Shown: positions 29,509 to 32,000 of the stretch, piece after piece
Layout: the number at the start of each line of letters is the position of its first letter
Numbering within the stretch: position 1 is the first letter of the stretch
Origin: Nitrosospira multiformis ATCC 25196
GTDB lineage: Bacteria > Pseudomonadota > Gammaproteobacteria > Burkholderiales > Nitrosomonadaceae
NCBI RefSeq assembly: GCF_000196355.1
Contig: NC_007614.1
Coordinates: 690,001-722,000, forward strand
Length of the DNA stretch: 32,000 bases
Direction of reading: 5' to 3'
Made by a program: the position numbers and the translations under genes
The notes under the pieces: generated by a model
Seen by the model: the letters and a program-made list of their open reading frames with translations, nothing else
Database searches by the model: none
What the model was told of the DNA's origin: nothing

Positions 29509-30481
29509 GCCGCAGACGGCGATCGCAAAGGCATATCATGACCAGATAAATTCCGATCCACGCGGTCACCATTCCGAACTGAACGTTCGTGTGCTGCTGA
29601 GTCGCCCAGAGGGCGCTGATGGCTGTGGCTGACATCAGAACGTAGCCGATCAGAGCCGTATTGCGATGACCCAGACCGCTTCGCACTAGGCGCTGGTAAT
29701 AATGCTCGCGATGCGCTCGCCAGATTTTTTCGCCTCGCAGTCCGCGTTTTATCAAGGTGACGGAAGCATCGACGATAAACGGCGAAAATACGAGCAAGGG
29801 AAACCATGGAGGCCAGCAGCCATTTATCCATCCCATCATACCTAATGCTGCAGCAAGGAACCCGAGCGGAATCGAGCCCGCGTCTCCCATGAAAATGCGT
29901 GCGGGATGAAAATTAAACAACAGAAAAGCTCCTGCTGCTGCGGCAATACAGAAGTTGGCGATTGCAAAGGCCTCGTTTCCGGAAATCCATGCTGTCGCTC
30001 CGTAGCAACTGAAACCGATCAGTGTCATGCCGCCTGCCAGTCCATCCGAACCGTCCATGAAATTATAGAGGTTGAGCATCCAGGTAATGCAGAGTGCGGC
30101 TGCTACGGCGACAAGCCAGCCGTAGGTGGCAGCAAGGGTTACGGCAGAAAACCAGATTCCAAGTCCTGTGTAAATGACGAGCCTTGGCCATACCGGCAGG
30201 CTGCGTACATCATCGGCGAAAGATATCGTTACCAGCAGCACAATCGCAACCCATATCGACACCGGCGGTTTTACCGGCAGAAACGTCCATGAGACGAAAA
30301 TCCCCGACATCAGCCCCAGGCCTCCCGTGCGGGGAACGGGACGAGTATGCAGCGATCGGGAATTCGGCTGGTCCAGGATTTTGAGAATATTCCCTTTGAT
30401 CAGACACGAAATCGTTCCTAGCGACACGGCAAACGCTATGAATGGCGGGATCAGATATAAAATCGGGGAGCCGGAATTCAT
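29489..30481 (-). CDS. UDP-GlcNAc:undecaprenyl-phosphate GlcNAc-1-phosphate transferase-like glycosyltransferase (WecA/MraY superfamily)
   Basis: DQPNSRSLHTRPVPRTGGLG, NLYNFMDGSDGLAGG, FNFHPARIFMGDAGSIPLGF and HREHYYQRLVRSGLGHR. Start taken at M 30481 rather than the 30601 track start. Confidence 0.92.
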   Translation of the reverse strand: MNSGSPILYLIPPFIAFAVSLGTISCLIKGNILKILDQPNSRSLHTRPVPRTGGLGLMSGIFVSWTFLPVKPPVSIWVAIVLLVTISFADDVRSLPVWPRLVIYTGLGIWFSAVTLAATYGWLVAVAAALCITWMLNLYNFMDGSDGLAGGMTLIGFSCYGATAWISGNEAFAIANFCIAAAAGAFLLFNFHPARIFMGDAGSIPLGFLAAALGMMGWINGCWPPWFPLLVFSPFIVDASVTLIKRGLRGEKIWRAHREHYYQRLVRSGLGHRNTALIGYVLMSATAISALWATQQHTNVQFGMVTAWIGIYLVMICLCDRRLRHAPDSP

Positions 30482-30719
30482 GATCGGATTATAGCCTTGA
30501 TGACTTATGAGGCGCATGCATGCATACTTCAGCCCATGCCAGTCCATTGCGCGGGAGAATGAGGTAAATAATACCGATTTTCGATCTCCCCCCGCCAGCA
30601 CCTTATCTGCCCTGCACAGCCCGCTTCCAGTCCCAGATCAGGTTCGACATTGTCGGGAGAAGATTCTGAGAATGTCTGTACGAGTTCGCACATATCAGCG
30701 CAAATCGTAAAAAACATTA

Positions 30720-31988
30720 ATGAAAAAAATCTCGCTCAATACGCAAATATTATGGGGTGTATTCGCCGGCCTCTTCCTGGGCCTGGGTTTATCCCTGCTC
30801 GATGAAGAATCGGTGATTTTCCGAGCCGGATTATATGGCGCCGAGCTGCTTGGCACGCTGTTTATCGACCTGTTGAAAATGGTGCTCATTCCGCTCGTGT
30901 TCACATCGATCGCAGTAGGCGTGGCCAACTTGCGGGCGCACCAGCAGATGCATAAGGTATGGAAAGCAACGCTTGGTTTCTTCCTGTTTTCGATGGCGCT
31001 GGCTATTCTGCTGGGTTTGACCGCAGCCAACATTGTCCGTCCCGGAGAAGGGCTGCAGCTCGCCATGTTCCAGGATGACATGCAGAACTTCCAGGCCGGG
31101 CAGATGCCTTTAACGGAGTTTGTTGCGCAACTGCTTCATTCGCTGTTTCAGAACCCCATGACCGCCCTGGCTCAGGGGAATGTGCTCGCAGTGGTCGTTT
31201 TCGCGCTCCTGCTGGGCATTGCAATGGTGGTGGGCGGGGAGCGCTACGCCAACATCCTCATACTGCTGCAGGAGCTGCTGGAGCTGATGCTGATGCTGGT
31301 TGGCTGGATCATGCGCCTTGCTCCGCTCGGCATCATGGGACTGCTGGTAAAACTCGCTGCCACACAGGACGTGACTTTGCTTGCCACATTGGTCGAGTTC
31401 ATCGCGGTGGTGATTGGAGCCACTCTGCTGCACGGGATGGTAGTGCTCCCGCTGATTCTTTATTTGGTCACGGGAATGACGCCGTTCAAATTCTGGCGCG
31501 GCGCCCGCGAAGCACTGCTAACAGCTTTTGCGACCAGCTCCAGCTCAGCCACCTTACCCGTCACTTTACGCTGCGTGGAACAGCACCTGCACGTCAAACG
31601 CGACATTGCCGGATTTGTCATCCCGTTGGGTGCAACACTGAACATGGATGGCACTGCTTTGTACGAAGCCGTGGCAGCATTGTTCGTGGCCAACCTCATC
31701 GGGATAGAACTTAATCTCGCACAGCAGATGATCGTGTTTTTGACTGCGATGCTGGCTGCCATGGGTGCTCCGGGCATACCCAGCGCGGGAATGGTCACCA
31801 TGGTAGTCGTGCTGCAATCGGTCGGCTTGCCGGCGGAGGCTATCGCCATTCTGCTGCCGGTCGACCGCTTACTGGATACATTCCGCACCGCTGTGAATGT
31901 CGAGGGGGACATGGTGGGCAGCCTCGTCGTGCAGAAATGGGTGAGGAAGGAGTCCATACGAGGTTCCAGAAGCGATTCCGAAGGGTAA
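30720..31988 (+). CDS. Dicarboxylate/amino acid:cation symporter (DAACS family)
   Basis: KMVLIPLVFTSIAVGVANL, TAFATSSSSATLPVTLRCVEQHLHV, FVIPLGATLNMDGTALYEAVAALFVA and LLPVDRLLDTFRTAVNVEGD. Confidence 0.96.
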   Translation: MKKISLNTQILWGVFAGLFLGLGLSLLDEESVIFRAGLYGAELLGTLFIDLLKMVLIPLVFTSIAVGVANLRAHQQMHKVWKATLGFFLFSMALAILLGLTAANIVRPGEGLQLAMFQDDMQNFQAGQMPLTEFVAQLLHSLFQNPMTALAQGNVLAVVVFALLLGIAMVVGGERYANILILLQELLELMLMLVGWIMRLAPLGIMGLLVKLAATQDVTLLATLVEFIAVVIGATLLHGMVVLPLILYLVTGMTPFKFWRGAREALLTAFATSSSSATLPVTLRCVEQHLHVKRDIAGFVIPLGATLNMDGTALYEAVAALFVANLIGIELNLAQQMIVFLTAMLAAMGAPGIPSAGMVTMVVVLQSVGLPAEAIAILLPVDRLLDTFRTAVNVEGDMVGSLVVQKWVRKESIRGSRSDSEG

Positions 31989-32000
31989 GAGGTATTAAGA

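Noticed and set aside
1-32000. Possible CRISPR array, retron, toxin-antitoxin pair or other defence system
   Set aside because: I saw no regularly spaced direct repeats, reverse transcriptase, nuclease/helicase cluster or convincing TA pair. The genes present are mostly housekeeping, envelope or IS related.

Overview
This 32 kb window looks like a chromosomal segment from a betaproteobacterium, possibly a Nitrosospira-like ammonia oxidiser. That assignment is inferred from gene content and was not searched. From left to right it contains: a HAD hydrolase cut by the window edge; a PsiE-like membrane protein; a purE-purK-purC cluster; a TauE/SafE permease; an EVE-domain protein; a cyclooxygenase-like haem peroxidase; an alpha/beta-hydrolase lipoprotein; a CapA-like protein; a single-haem beta-barrel protein resembling a porin-cytochrome; and a MaoC-like dehydratase. 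Next comes a nested insertion-sequence region: an apparently intact IS5-family element using a -1 frameshift, beside a decayed IS5-family transposase, both inside a larger inverted-repeat-bounded unit. After that are a small DUF768-like protein, a Tat-type amidohydrolase, a 6S RNA gene downstream of zapA, and a cobalamin riboswitch upstream of a BtuB-like receptor. The right part has an ABC-exporter-like protein with a degenerate ATPase domain, a decayed low-coding stretch, a PAS/GGDEF/EAL protein, two polysaccharide genes (FlaA1/CapD-like and WecA-like) and a DAACS symporter. I see no CRISPR array, classical defence island or clearly new multi-gene system. The best leads are the ABC-exporter-like protein, in which Walker A, Q-loop, signature, Walker B, D-loop and H-loop are all altered in an intact ORF; the COX-like peroxidase; the porin-cytochrome; and the nested IS region with CTAG-flanked termini.
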